Positions 12,649 through 25,397 of a DNA stretch of 64,000 nucleotides are shown here, one piece after another. Every line of letters starts with the position of its first letter. The first letter of the stretch is position 1. The notes under the pieces were generated by a model. The model made no database searches and was not told the origin of the DNA. It saw nothing but the letters and a program-made list of their open reading frames with translations. Position numbers and translations under genes: made by a program. Source of the DNA: Catajapyx aquilonaris (Eukaryota); contig JYFJ02002012.1 of the NCBI GenBank assembly GCA_000934665.2, positions 1 to 64,000 on the forward strand, written 5' to 3'.

Positions 12649-13423
12649 TACATAGACCGTCAATAAATTAAGTAATATGCTAAACTTTTTTGATTTTAAT
12701 CCATTGGCCTAGTTATTTCCTTTGTGTCACGATGGATCAACACAGTGTTTATCCATCTTGCTTTGTGTACATGTAAACAGGACGAACTAAGAAGTGAACA
12801 AAAACAGGTTTGCTGCGTAACCCACTTATTATTCATGTTGCAGGACATGCAACTTGCAAGTCTTGCAGCAATTATCTTTCAAATGCGCTACCCTTTCTCT
12901 CTTTCACAGCCTTCGCATTGATGATAATTTTGGGTTGCATGACCTGCTGATCTTCAGCGCAATTGATCATAATCAGGTCAGGTTGAAAATTGCAATGTTT
13001 GTACAAGTAATGGCATAAGATATGCATGTCCAAGTGTGTGTTGCATAATAATATCGCGTCATATGTCCAACCACTTCCATGTTTGTGCCAGTGACCCTTG
13101 TTGACCCTGTAAATACCGTATCATACGTCTATCAATAGATCCACTATAAACTAATACGCCACCTCCATCTGCATGCCGCTAATGCAAAGTGCGCACTACA
13201 TAATGCGGCTATTTGCACATCCAAACCACCAGGAGCGCTGCGTAGTGGACTAGTCCTTATCACACAATCTCTGTTCCACTCGAGATACGGTATCTGGTTC
13301 GGCCATCTTGCCCTACTTTTTTTTTCTTCTTCATTTTTTTTATTTTACCTTTTTGCCGCGTTGGCTTTCGGTCGGGTTGGAACATAAAAGGCGAAATTCC
13401 CTTCGATCGGTGTGGTCAACAAG

Positions 13424-16400
13424 ATGAGGCTTGTGATCCTCGAGTCCACGGACAAGGTGGCAGAATGGGCGGCCAAGTATGTGATGAAGCGTATCAGGGA
13501 CTTCAAGCCTGGGCCGGACAGGTACTTCGTCCTCGGGCTGCCCACAGGTAATTAGGATTGTTAATTTGGGGGGTGTCATTCACATGGGAACGAGTCAAGT
13601 GAACCGGGTCCACTTATAATAGATGCAGTGTTGCCAATCCCCCAAAAAATGAGTGCACAGTAAGTAGGGGGAAAAAAATCATTGAAATTGACATATTGTG
13701 TGTCGCAGTGATGCTGTACTTAGCACTCAAAAAGTCTATGGAATGCTGAATATATGCCCTTTCATTGTGGATAGCCCCGTGGAAAGATAGTGCAGTTGCC
13801 ATGTGCTTTGTGGGGGTCGATGACACGGATGTATGCCGATGAAAGGGAATTATCATTTACCTCTGTATGATACCAAGAGCTGATACATAAACATTGCAGC
13901 ATTTACATATCAGATACCGGACCAACCTTGACATATCAATGTGGGGCATCATTACAGGAACCTATATGTCCTAGTATCGGACAGACCATCAGGTCGGTGA
14001 TGGGGATTAAGAGACTTTGATAAAGAATAAGTGCAGGTGATCAGAAATAAAGCCGTTCTGACACTTAATTGTCACTAGATGAGGAAACCTCTCACTCAAG
14101 GAAATTTGACATAGTTTTCAATTAGTCAGAAAGTAAATCAGTTTCGGAAGTCATAATGACTTATTCACAAGTCAGCAATGTTATTGTCACACTTTGAAGG
14201 TGCAGGAGTAACCTACTTGAACATTTCTAACTAAAGCATACATGTGTATGTGACCTCACGAGAAGTCACGTACCTGGCTAAGCATCATGTGCATAATGAT
14301 AGACAACTGTGGCCTATTTGTCGATGTAAAAATTGAATATGTATGTCCATCAATGAAATGAAGTATGAATAATGCATAATATTATTCTAAATACATGAAT
14401 TTCTTTTAAGTACATACATGTACATATTTTGCCAAGTATGTGAAAAGTCATCTCAGAAGAACTCCTAACTTGATATTTAAATAATATGATATGATTGACT
14501 CTCATGTATCAATATGTAAATTGCTAGGTACAAAATAAATGTAGGTTTTCAGCAGTGAGAAGTACTGGAGGTTTGCAAATATTGTAAAATAATCCACAAA
14601 AAATTAATATTGGGATAATAAAATGCATACCCTCAGACCTTATGGTAAATGCAACAGAATTTTCATAACATGTTTTTTTTTTCTGTTTTTGCAGGAAGCA
14701 CACCACTTGGGATGTACAAGAAGCTGATTGAATATCACGAGCAGGGAAAAATTTCCTTCAAGTTTGTTAAAACTTTCAACATGGATGAGTATGTTGGTAA
14801 GGATAAATAGCCAACAATCCCCTCGTAATCAGGTGTACATTATGGCAATGGCCAAACCTGTTTTACTTGAAATCTCAGTTGATCCTAAATATATTGCATC
14901 ACAATTACATTCAAAGCTTACTGAAGCAATCATTTTGTTCTGACATCTAAATAGTTGTTATTTCTTGATCTAGGCCTCCCACGCAACCATCCAGAGAGCT
15001 ACCACTATTACATGTGGAATAATTTCTTCAAGCATATAGACATTAATCCTGAGAATGCGCACGTCTTGGATGGAAATGCAGAAGACTTGGATGCAGAGTG
15101 CAATGAGTATGAACGCAAGATCACTGAAGCTGGAGGAATTGAGCTCTTCGTCGGGGGAATAGGGCCTGATGGGCACATTGCGTTCAATGAACCAGGGTCA
15201 TCCCTTGTGTCCAGGACGAGGCTCAAGACTTTAGCCCAGGACACAATTGAGGCCAACGCAAGGTTTTTTGACAATGACTACTCAAAAGTTCCCAAGCAAG
15301 CCTTAACAGTTGGAGTTGGAACTGTCATGGACGCAAGAGAGGTTAGAGTAGTGTAGTAACCTCTGTCACAAATGTCATAGCCATAGGTCATGCTAAGGTA
15401 ATCCCCATCTGTCACAGCAGGCTCGTAGGGCCAATCTAGTTACAGTACAGAGAGGAAGAATAGTTTTTCCAGACACAAAAACCTAATTGCCTAAGCTGGC
15501 AAATTCTCACATTTCACTGGTTTTGTGTGATCACAGCAAAAAAATACTGCATTAAAATTGTCATCCCCCTGTCACAATTATGATGGATATTTGGTTACTA
15601 GGATTTCAACAACGGTGAACTTTGTATTTGCCTGAGGGTGCGATACGGAGAAATAATGTGTAAGCGATAACATGCATAGTTTTGCGTTTTAGTGTGAGCA
15701 ACATCAATGACCTTCAAATTGGATGCATGTTGGACTCTGGCACAATAACTGCTGTTGATGCACTTTATTGCGCTCAAGTCCCCCTAAAGGCCTAACACGC
15801 TATGAGGTAAAATTTTTAAAAAATAAAAAGTTGCACTCAAGTTAATGAGAAAAAGTCAAGCCACAATTGGTAATGAGTCAGAATTATTGCAACATTCGGT
15901 CGGATGGTGATGTGGGCACTCTTTCTGACAACATGGATAATATAGCACATTTGAGGTTAACCATTGAGAACGTCTTCGTTTGATTCCTTCTGTGAATTTT
16001 TCTGTAAATTTTTTTAGCAAATAGCATGATCAGGAAAAATTAATTATGCACCAATGCGTCAGTTGGGGGCCAAGACTGCTTCCAAGAATGATTCACATCC
16101 TGGTTTCTTGAGGGGGACCTGAGCTTATCAGTTGTAGCTTGGTTGTAGTGATTCATGAACACGCAGAAATGTAAAGCTATTCTAAAGTGAAGCCAGCCTT
16201 CCTGCGACATTAAAAAAAAAAAGGAAAACAACCCGTGACTTGATCTGATTGGAGGCTCCTGAAAGGAAACCAGTCAAGCCTCGGTCACATTTTGGCCCCA
16301 ACTATGGACCGGTGCATAATTAATTTTTTTCTGATCATACTATTTGCTCAAAAAATGTGAACTAAATGTCATTTATCACAGAAGGAATCAAACCAAGATT

Positions 16401-17560
16401 TCATCGAGGGTGAAGCCAAAATGTGTTACATTCCCTGTGTTATGACAAAAATGTGACCAAGTCACAAAAAATGCCCACCAGAGGGCAAATGTGTTGCACT
16501 TCACCGTCACATGGTTAATTATTCATAAAGTGGACTAGCATAAAACCAATATTTTCTGTACTTTTATTTGATGACTTCCAGAAAATTTCTGAATAATATG
16601 TACTATTCTTTAAAAATTTCTGCAGTATTAATATTAATGAAATCTCATTCAAAATTGTTACGCACTTGATTAGGCAGGACCAATGAGGAGTAGTTATATT
16701 GAGTACATTTTAATGACTATTTGGCAATGCTACTATTGGTTATTAAACATTGACATAAGAGGCATAAGTAGTTCCTTATCTGTATGATGGAGATAGAGCA
16801 TAATCGAATGTTCGATGTTACATCACTAATGTCGTACAGTTGGTGGGAATTAACCGTTATCTGTATTTGTTTTATAACACTGTTGATATGAGCAAAAAGA
16901 TTATTGATCGACTAGATTGAACCCACATCTGCACATCTATAATGAAGTAATTCCCTAATATTTTGAACATTTTTATTTCAGGTGCTGGTGCTCATAACTG
17001 GTGCCCACAAAGCATTTGCATTGTACAAGGCAATTGAAGAAGGTGTGAATCACATGTGGACAGTTTCTGCATTCCAGCAGCACAGACGAACCATAATGAT
17101 ATGCGATGAAGATGCCACACTAGAACTGCGGGTCAAGACGGTCAAATACTTCAAGGTAGTGGGGATCATACGAGCAACACGGTGTTGGTGTTGTGGATAT
17201 CATTTTGAGCATGATCTGTGATTTATTTCATCCATTTATTCTCTCTCTCTCTCTCCCTTTCTCTCTCTCACCCTGTGATTTGATGTTGTAGGAATTGTAC
17301 GAGGTCCATAAGCGACTCATAGACGAGGACACTCCATAGTGATATGGGTGAGGGAAACTAACATGCAGGTCTTTGATTTCTGGGACACTTTCTTTATGGC
17401 CTTTTATTTTCTCCTTGCTTGTCGAATATCGAAAGTGCTTTGGGCTATTCACATCTCATAATCTCAAGTGTTTAACACTATTTATTTCCCTTTATTTTTG
17501 CAGAATTTGTGGGACGTCCACCGCAAGTTGATAGACGATATCAAGATTGGTGATTCCTAG
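13424..17560 (+). CDS. GNPDA: Glucosamine-6-phosphate deaminase/isomerase (oscillin)
   Basis: Exons 13424-13547, 14695-14796, 14974-15341 and 16982-17155, then either 17292-17339 or 17504-17560. Hallmark motifs [44 protein letters not shown] and [22 protein letters not shown] at 17659. Confidence 0.97.
15945..16430. mobile_element. Degenerate MITE / long inverted repeat in GNPDA intron 3
   Basis: TTTGATTCCTTCTGTGA..TAGCAAATAGCATGATCAGGAAAAATTAATTATGCACC..GTTGGGGGCCAA is mirrored by TTGGCCCCAAC..GGTGCATAATTAATTTTTTTCTGATCATACTATTTGCT..CACAGAAGGAATCAAA. Ends are approximate. Confidence 0.7.
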
Positions 17561-18809
17561 GTCTACAGACTGATTATTCCTGGATTCCATTTTTTTGATC
17601 TTTATATTAATCTTTGTAATCACATACGGTCCGTTGGTAATGTGCCATATATATGTGGAATAAAAACCACCTGATATTTTTGGTCACAACTGTTGTTTAT
17701 CTCCGACCTTCAGTCACCCAGATAAGCCAGGGTCTAAGTCCAGATGAAACACTGGTGGGAGGCGCAATTTAGTTGGCACTTTGCCTATGCCATTGTCCAT
17801 GCTGCATGAAAATACAGTGAGCCAGCTAAATCAGTGGAGCACTGTACAATCAAATCATGACATGAATATATGTCAACTGGTGGAACAGCAAGTTAATGCA
17901 ATTGCATATGAGCAGTGTATTGCAGGAAGTGATCGCTAAATTATTGCAAGTGAACCAGGAAATTTCAAGACCAGATTATCTGCATTGAATGATCCACATT
18001 GAATGGTAACACATTTGTCACATTTCCTAAATATTTTTCATTGTTCATGAAATCTTCCTATTGCGAATCAGAAATGCTAAATTTTCAGGTTACATCTACC
18101 ATTGCCATGACCTTTTCCAGTAAACACGCAATACATAGTTACACCACATTGCGCAATGCATACTCCAGTTACACCATTTGGCACGTGATGGGAGGCAACA
18201 CATCACAGACCAGTTGGTATCAGGTGATAGACCTCATCATGAGGCACGTCAGCAACACATCTGGGAAGCAGTTTTAAAAAAAACTATGGCTGCCAGTGTT
18301 TCAGCCAAGTCATGGCATGCTTACGACATCATTGGTTGGGAAGTGACTTTTCCTCATACCACAAGGACAAAGCAGGATGTTGGCCAAAGTAGGTCTTGGC
18401 CATCTCGCAGCTATACCTTTGTGCATTTCTCCCCGTTTTTTACTGCAAAATTCACTTTCAACTGGTACCGGTTTTGTAGGACTGCTTACCACGGTTGCAA
18501 GGCAATCAAGGTTTTCCTTAGTAGAATATTCAACACAAAGGAGGATTGTTGCAAACAATTCTTTATTCAAGTAAAATCACACCAGGAATATTACTTCCTG
18601 AGAGGGGGGAACAAAAAAATCAACAGAAAATAATACATATTTCTCTTTGACTTAGGTCTGAAAATTTGAGTTACATGTGTTTCCATTTCTATGAAAATTA
18701 GTGCAAAAATCAACAAGCATGATTAAAACATGGATCATAGTATAAGTCTACAGTGACTTTCTCTGACGTCAGGAATGCGACAGATCCTGCTGGTAATTAT
18801 TGCATGTAA

Positions 18810-20278
18810 TTAGGATCCAAGCTCCTTGTCGAACATGTAGACTCCCAATCCTTCGCCGACACGCTTCAGGTTGGTGATGTGATCAGCCAGCTCCTTGATT
18901 GCCTTGGTCTGCTCGTCCAAATACTCAGTCTCCAGGAAATCGCACAGGTTCGCATCGTGGTGACCATCCGCGACCTTGTGCAAGTCCAGCAGCATCTGCA
19001 AGGGAGAATTATTCCGGGGTCATGATGAAAACATGGCTTCGTATTACCAAGTCATATGAGTGCACGTTGTACGTGGCATGTTAATAAGGAATAATTTGTC
19101 ATGTTGCCAGGGAGCATATAAGTTATATCCTGATTCAAAAATATAATCGGACACAGGTACAACATGCAGATAAGGCTACCTTTTTTTATCGTTGACACAG
19201 AAGCTACTAGACATTTTGCGCAATAGTGTGACTTCAAGGATCAAGCAATTGACGCAGTACCTGATTGACAGTCTTTTCCAGCTCCAATGCGGCCTCCATG
19301 GCTTCCTGTGCGGTACCCCACTGGTCCATGGAAGGCTTGGCAATGGGCTGCAGGACGATGCGCCCGCCACGACGGTTCTGATACTTCATGAGTTTCTCAG
19401 CATGCTCACGTTCCTCGTCAGATGCCTTCTTGAAGTACTTGTAGTGTCCCATCAGGGCGATATCATCACGTTCGAAATAGTATGCCTGCAATGAGACAGC
19501 ACATTATAATTAACACTTCTAAAACTTGTTGACACGCAGCTTCCATGACCTCATCCAGGTGCACAAGGTCAACGCAAACTACGCAAATATTTAATCATAT
19601 TTTGCACGCTGAAATGTTTCTGAAGACCACCTATTTGGAAATACACATTGACAACAGGTGAAATTTTTGTGCCACTGCTCGCTACTGCTAACTTGTCAGT
19701 ACCCATGTTGGAAATGGTACCGATAAGTTAGCAGTACCTAGCAGTGGGTCGAACATGCTTGTTAGTTCCATCCGCTTTTTCATCGTTCACATTCTTCGCA
19801 CCTACACTACATCAGCTTATTAAATCCGTCCGATATTATCAAAAAGCCTTCTTGGCACCAACATCAAAAACTGTGAACCATTAATTCATACACTACACAA
19901 ATTAAAATTGAGCTACAAGTACCATGAACATGTACTATGATATATGTACTTATTAATGGCCAGCTAGTGTCCGTACCATTTCCGTGCTCATAGTACAATC
20001 TGGAAAAGTACTGCAATGAGCAAATATTATCCGTGACAATGTCAAGCATGATCTGTCTATTCTACGACCCCCCTTTGCTATGCGGCACTTAACACAGTTC
20101 ATGAACATGAGAGATTAAGCGTCAAGCAATCTCGGCTGTATTTTTTGTCTGAATAAGTCGTTCAACTCACCATGGACAAGTAGACATAGCTGGCATACAG
20201 CTCCATGTTAATCTGCTTGTTGACATTGGCCTCGCAGTCCTCATGGTAGTTCTGCCTGCAAATGCTGACGTTGGCCAT
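18810..20278 (-). CDS. Cytosolic ferritin, heavy-chain type (172 aa)
   Basis: Exons 20278-20171, 19485-19261 and 18995-18810. Reads [80 protein letters not shown], with ferroxidase-type residues present and no signal peptide. Confidence 0.97.
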
Positions 20279-20423
20279 CTCTGCTTCTTACTTTTCTGCG
20301 TTGAACTCAAACGAATCTAGCAGTCTTGAACTGAGAGATCAGATTGTATGTCTTATGTCTGTGTGTATGTAGATTGACGTGAGTATCAAGAGAGAAGTGG
20401 AAAGAAAGTGTTGTTGGTGCTGC

Positions 20424-20453
20424 TGTCCGTTCACTCACTGGTGACCCAAAACA
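20424..20453 (-). promoter_or_regulatory. Iron-responsive element (atypical, G in place of the C bulge) in the ferritin 5' UTR
   Basis: Minus strand TGTTTTGGGTCAC-CAGTGA-GTGAACGGACA: a CAGUGN loop on a TCAC/GTGA stem with a lower stem, about 30 nt downstream of a TATA box. Confidence 0.88.
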
Positions 20454-20484
20454 AGCAGTAAAGACGCACTGCCCAGGCCAGACC

Positions 20485-20491
20485 TTATATA
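20485..20491 (-). promoter_or_regulatory. TATA box of the ferritin gene
   Basis: TATATAA on the minus strand just upstream of the IRE, which would make the IRE cap-proximal. Confidence 0.65.
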
Positions 20492-20960
20492 CTGCCACTG
20501 GGATCCAGGCTCTTCCTTTCTGCGGAGTCACGCCCTCTCTGCTCTCTCTATATATAAAAAAAGGCACGAGTCGCAGAAGGCGTGACGTGTGTTTATACAA
20601 GTGGAGGAGGAGAGATAGGGCCAAAACGGACAGTCTACGACACGCACTCACAGTATGGCAGACTGTGCGACCTTTTTATCTCATGAGAGAGGATGATTCG
20701 GCCTTTTTTTTTCTTCTTTTTTCCTGATCTAATTAGAAATCGGGGGCCATTTTGGGGATAGAATAGCGGCTATCTGAAAGTAGCAGTGATAGCAGCCGGA
20801 ACGTAGCGGCGATTTTAAAATCGCGCTTAATGTAATTGGTAGCGATAGTATCGGTCGCTACCGAAAGTGCTATTGGGAATTTCGTTCGGCACAATCGGCA
20901 CATGGTCAACTTTGCTTTGGCTGGTTTTGGCCTAATTTTGGCTAGACCTAGCAGGTTCCG

Positions 20961-23784
20961 ATGGAAGGACCAGATGCTCAACGTGCGAGGTATGGTTGCC
21001 TTGTTAGCACTGATAAGGGAGCCTAGGCAACTGATGCCATTTCTGCCGTCCCAAGGAGAAACACCCTAACTTCAAAACTACTTAAGGATGAAAGTCGTGT
21101 GCGTTACCTGCACTAATCCCCACCTGAGGCAGGGGAGGATCGGTGCAGGGTAGGCACGCGACTTTCACCCTTACTAGTTTTGATGTTAGGGTGTTTCTTC
21201 TTGGGACGGCAGATTTGGGTTAGGACTTGTGAACTGATCTAATGGGAATTATTTTACATTTCAGGAGCAGTGTGTCTTTTGCGCACTGGCTGGATGATGA
21301 GCAAGTGGCCGAGGTGCAGCAGAAACATGGAAAACAGTTTGAGGTTATCGGTGTGACTAGGAATGGAAAGATTTATCTTAATCCGGAGGAAGCACTCTTC
21401 ATGCTCGAAAAGGTGAGTTGGTCCCTACGTTCATCTCCCTGTATTTCCATTAGAACAAATGTGTGAAATATGCAACATGTACACTCAGTTGTGGTAAGTA
21501 AATTCTGAGAGCATATGATTTACGTTGTTCATCTGTAGTCACAAAAATTATTTTAATTTTAATCTTGGATCCTGGCTTCAACATCATGTATCTCAAGAAA
21601 TGGCAGAAAGATTATAGTAGCCATACACTGTGATTTTTACTAGCACCTTCAACGTTCTAAATTAAATATTATGGTACTATTTCTATTCTTTCCATGTGCA
21701 GCGCTTTCTGGAACTTCAGTACAATTCTATGCCATTAAGTGTTCAGCAAGCATATGCCCTGCTGTTGCGTGGACCAAGTTGTTCACCCAAGGAGTACATG
21801 GTATATTCCCACTATCGTCAACTGGAATGGAGACTCGTACGCCATAAGCCACCCTCTTCGATTCCCAAACCTGAAGCGAGTGTGGATGTCAAAAGTGAGA
21901 CTGTATCAGACTTGAAATCATTACCACCTGCAGTTCAACCAACCGAACCACCAGTTCAACTTGCATGTGCAAGACAACATAGGATAAGAAATTCTGATGA
22001 GCCCTCATTTGATGATCTCCTGTACTTGACGCCAAATGACTACAGACAGGGTGTTAAAATGCGTCCCCCTCCCTGTGAACTCTTACCAGAAGGAATAGTG
22101 CCTTGCAAACAATTTTACACAATTAAAATGAACACAGCAGATGAACCCTTTCGGATGCACCAACACTACAGGCCCCGTCCTTATGGACGAGGATCAGCAG
22201 GTCCAAGAAGAGGATGGAAAAAACATTCCTTCAGGGATAGATGGAAAGGGCAAGCCAGACTTGAAGAGGAAGAGCCAGTGACACTGCCAACACACTCACA
22301 TGATGTGGTTGCTCAGAATTGGACTGAAGTAAAGAGACAGAAGAGTGTGTCTGCCCAGCTGTGGACTCAGAAGCCTGTCCCTCTTATCAGTCCCGAGGAT
22401 GCCACCTCCTATGGTAAGAAAGCTAATGGAGAGTCATCACAATACTATCCAGTCGAGTACCCATTATCCAGGCTAATAGGATTGAAAAATGTTGGGATCA
22501 TTTTAAAATACAGGTAATGCAGGAGTGGAAAAAACTGGCTTGTTATTGAACATGAATGTGTCATAAATATAAACACAGGTTCATTGATCTATACAGTTCT
22601 TATTACATCCATATAGTGCTTGTCTGCATGGCCTACTGACAAAGCACTTGTGGAAGTGATGGGGGCGATAACTCAGCAAGGTCACATCTGCAGCACAACT
22701 CAGCAGTAAATAGCTTCATGACACAACTATAGAGGCTGGATAATTGCGACTACTGCATGAAGTTCATATATTTAAATCCTGCAGCGTGAATAGTACTCCC
22801 ATTTTGTTAAAGAACAAAGAGTAATATTATTGTATGGCCTTAATTCTGATAAAGTGGATATGCCATAAGCTGATGCGGAAGTGAAAAATATCTGCTAGAT
22901 AAACTAGAGTGTTGGTTACATGTAGTTTTTCTGTAATTAGACAAGCAATATGTAATAATGAGGTCTAAAAATTATGCCAGAGAGTCCCAGCATATTTTCT
23001 CCCTCATGAAAAGTAAATCCTATTGACCTTGAGATTTCAGCCAAATATCAGTTTGTACTCACAAATTTACTTGACAAGACTATTCTCAATGGCAGACGTC
23101 ACCTAATTGTCACTAACTGCAACATTATGGGGAACACCACTTACATTGACTTGGTTGATTGTAGGGAGAATACATTTCAGTAACTATGTCCACACAAGGT
23201 AAAAAAAAAGGTTATGATTTGGATCTTATCTGGTAATTTCAATTGCTTTGCATTTTCAGAGGATGTGCGTAAGAAATTGTCCACTCTGATTCAAGTTGAG
23301 AGTGCTGATCAACTTAAGCAAAGCAGCTTGAAAGTGACATTTGATGTGTACAAGCCAACATCGCCATTCAGAAAAACTTCACTTGGACTTCCTGATGCAA
23401 GGCTTGTCATAGTTGAGTAAGTTTATCAATGTGCAGGTAAAGGATGAGATTATTCAAGAATTTTGTCCCAGATAGTGCTGCATAATGAAAATCTGTAGAA
23501 ATAAAATGATTATACGTAGTTATCAGGAGAAAACATGCTGATTTTACTGCATGAACTGTGCGCATAAGAAAACAATTTGGTGAATACTCTCTGGAGTTGT
23601 TTACAAGTGCGGTGTTTTAATTAATTATTTTGCACTATCTCTTTGCAGTTTCTATGACCCAGTCGATATGGATGAGCTGCTATCATTGGGTGCTGCTTAT
23701 TCACAAGACACAGTTCCTTTCCTTGTTGTTCAATGTTCATCATCCACTACATGTATGTCACAACTCGTCATAAAAAGAAAGTAG
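20961..23784 (+). CDS. TSEN54: tRNA-splicing endonuclease subunit Sen54-like (~393 aa)
   Basis: Exons 20961-20989, 21265-21412, 21702-22413, 23260-23416 and 23649-23784 join in frame. Shows the Sen54 N-domain pattern W..VAEV..GK..G..IYLNPEEALFMLE..PLSVQQAYALLL..YMVYSH and C-terminal FDVYKP.SPFRKT..PD. Confidence 0.8.
21042..21213. mobile_element. Small palindromic MITE in TSEN54 intron 1
   Basis: TCTGCCGTCCCAAGGAGAAACACCCTAAC...GTTAGGGTGTTTCTTCTTGGGACGGCAGA; almost the whole element is an inverted repeat. Confidence 0.8.
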
Positions 23785-24000
23785 CCAAGACTTGATGTGG
23801 AGTATTGATTTACAAGTTTGCACTGGCATTGTACCTTCTAGTCCTGACTAGTCCATGTGTGTCCAGTTAACCAGTACTTTGGCGCATGGCCTTTATGGTC
23901 AGGTCTGACACAGTTAACCAGTACTCACCAACAAACAGGAGGATTCAGTGTTGGCAATGGAAGACCAGGCATGAGATCACCTAGAGCGGCTGCCAGTGTA

Positions 24001-24383
24001 CAGTGCTGGACATATTAGCCGTCGCTGAATGTTTTTTTACCTGGCAACCCCGTCCGGCGGGCCAATTCAAACATCAGCCCATGGAGAGCGCTTCCATTGT
24101 TGCCACTGTTTACAAATCGAGTGAGTGACCCCAAAATGACTTATTGCTTCTAACATCATTATTTTCCAGTTTTCTCCTGCGTATCCCTGCAGATACTGTG
24201 TAAGCAGGCAGAAGAGACCCGTCGCTGGGTCGTCCGCGTCACTCACTCCTTTGTAAACAGTGGCAACCATGGAAGCTCTCTCCATCTGCTGATGTTTGAA
24301 CTGGCCCGCCGGACGGGGTTGCCAGGTTATGCCGTCGCCGCCGAAAAAAAAACATTCAGCGACGGCTAATTTGTCCAGCACTG
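24001..24383. mobile_element. Tc1-like MITE (TA target duplication, CAGTG termini) with long internal inverted repeats
   Basis: TA-CAGTGCTGGACATATTAGCCGTCGCTGAATGTTTTTTT ... AAAAAAACATTCAGCGACGGCTAATTTGTCCAGCACTG-TA. An inner pair reads ACCTGGCAACCCCGTCCGGCGGGCCA / TGGCCCGCCGGACGGGGTTGCCAGGT. Confidence 0.88.
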
Positions 24384-24796
24384 TACAAGTATATCATATG
24401 AATATAGTATATTTTGGTGGGAATAACCATTGTGAATTATGAATCAATCCACAATTGACACAAAGGTGGTTCATATTCAAGTGGCACGTATTTACTCATT
24501 TAATTCGAGGGGCACCACAGTGATGTAAGTGGTTTCATCCTAGCATCCACCTGTGAGACCCCAAGTTTGAGCCCAAAGTTGAGCAGATGTTGATATGCAA
24601 AAATTACTACTTGGAGAAGTTATCTCCATGATCTTTTGTGTTTTTCTCTCTCCTCCAATTCTCGGAGACCATCATCATGGAAGTGTGAATTAATAGTCTT
24701 GAACATATTTAAAGAGACCACTTGCCTATCATGAATGATATGTTATTTCAGATTCAGAAGGTTGGAAAGACTCAACCACTTAGATTCCTTATTCGT

Positions 24797-25345
24797 TGTC
24801 ACGATGTGCATTGGTTTTGAAATTATATAGTTGACATTATGCCTTCATCCCTCATATGAATTTGTGGTGTGTATAAGCCCTCTCATTGGTCCGCCCCATA
24901 TTGTTGTTACCACCATGTTCCGATTGGCCCCCGCCCATTGTTACCTGGACGTATTGTTACCATGACGCCTCCGATTGGCCCCCGTTCAGAGTATGCGCAA
25001 TAGGTGGAAGAACGTCACAGTCGCTTGCTGGACATCAACGAGGTCACATCTTCTCTCCCGTGAAGACCCCTCCACTCTTCTACCATCCTTCCACCCACAT
25101 CTTCATGGTGACCTCACAGCAGGAGAGGGGGAGAGGAAAGGCGAAGGAGGAATGGCCGAATTGGAACGTCGTAGACAAAACGAATACAGGCTAGGTTGGG
25201 ATGTTGTTTATCAGTGGTGCCAACTCCATGGACACTGAACCCGGGGATAGGTCGATAACGTCGAAAGAAAGTGTCGGGAAGAATGAAACCAGTGTTTTGA
25301 TCATCTAATAAAAACACTGCCAAGTTCCATGGACGTTTATAATAG
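24797..25345 (+). mobile_element. Possible solo LTR
   Basis: Starts TGTCACG, carries three tandem ATTGG(CCAAT)+GC-box units at 24885-24985 and an AATAAA near 25307. The 3' end is not defined. Confidence 0.3.
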
Positions 25346-25397
25346 GGGGGAGTTATGAGCAGTTAGAAAAATGCGGTCGGAAAGTGTACATATAATA

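Noticed and set aside
18178..18633. 151-aa ORF between GNPDA and ferritin
   Set aside because: Non-ATG start, no recognisable motif or splice context, and it overlaps the ferritin 3' flank.
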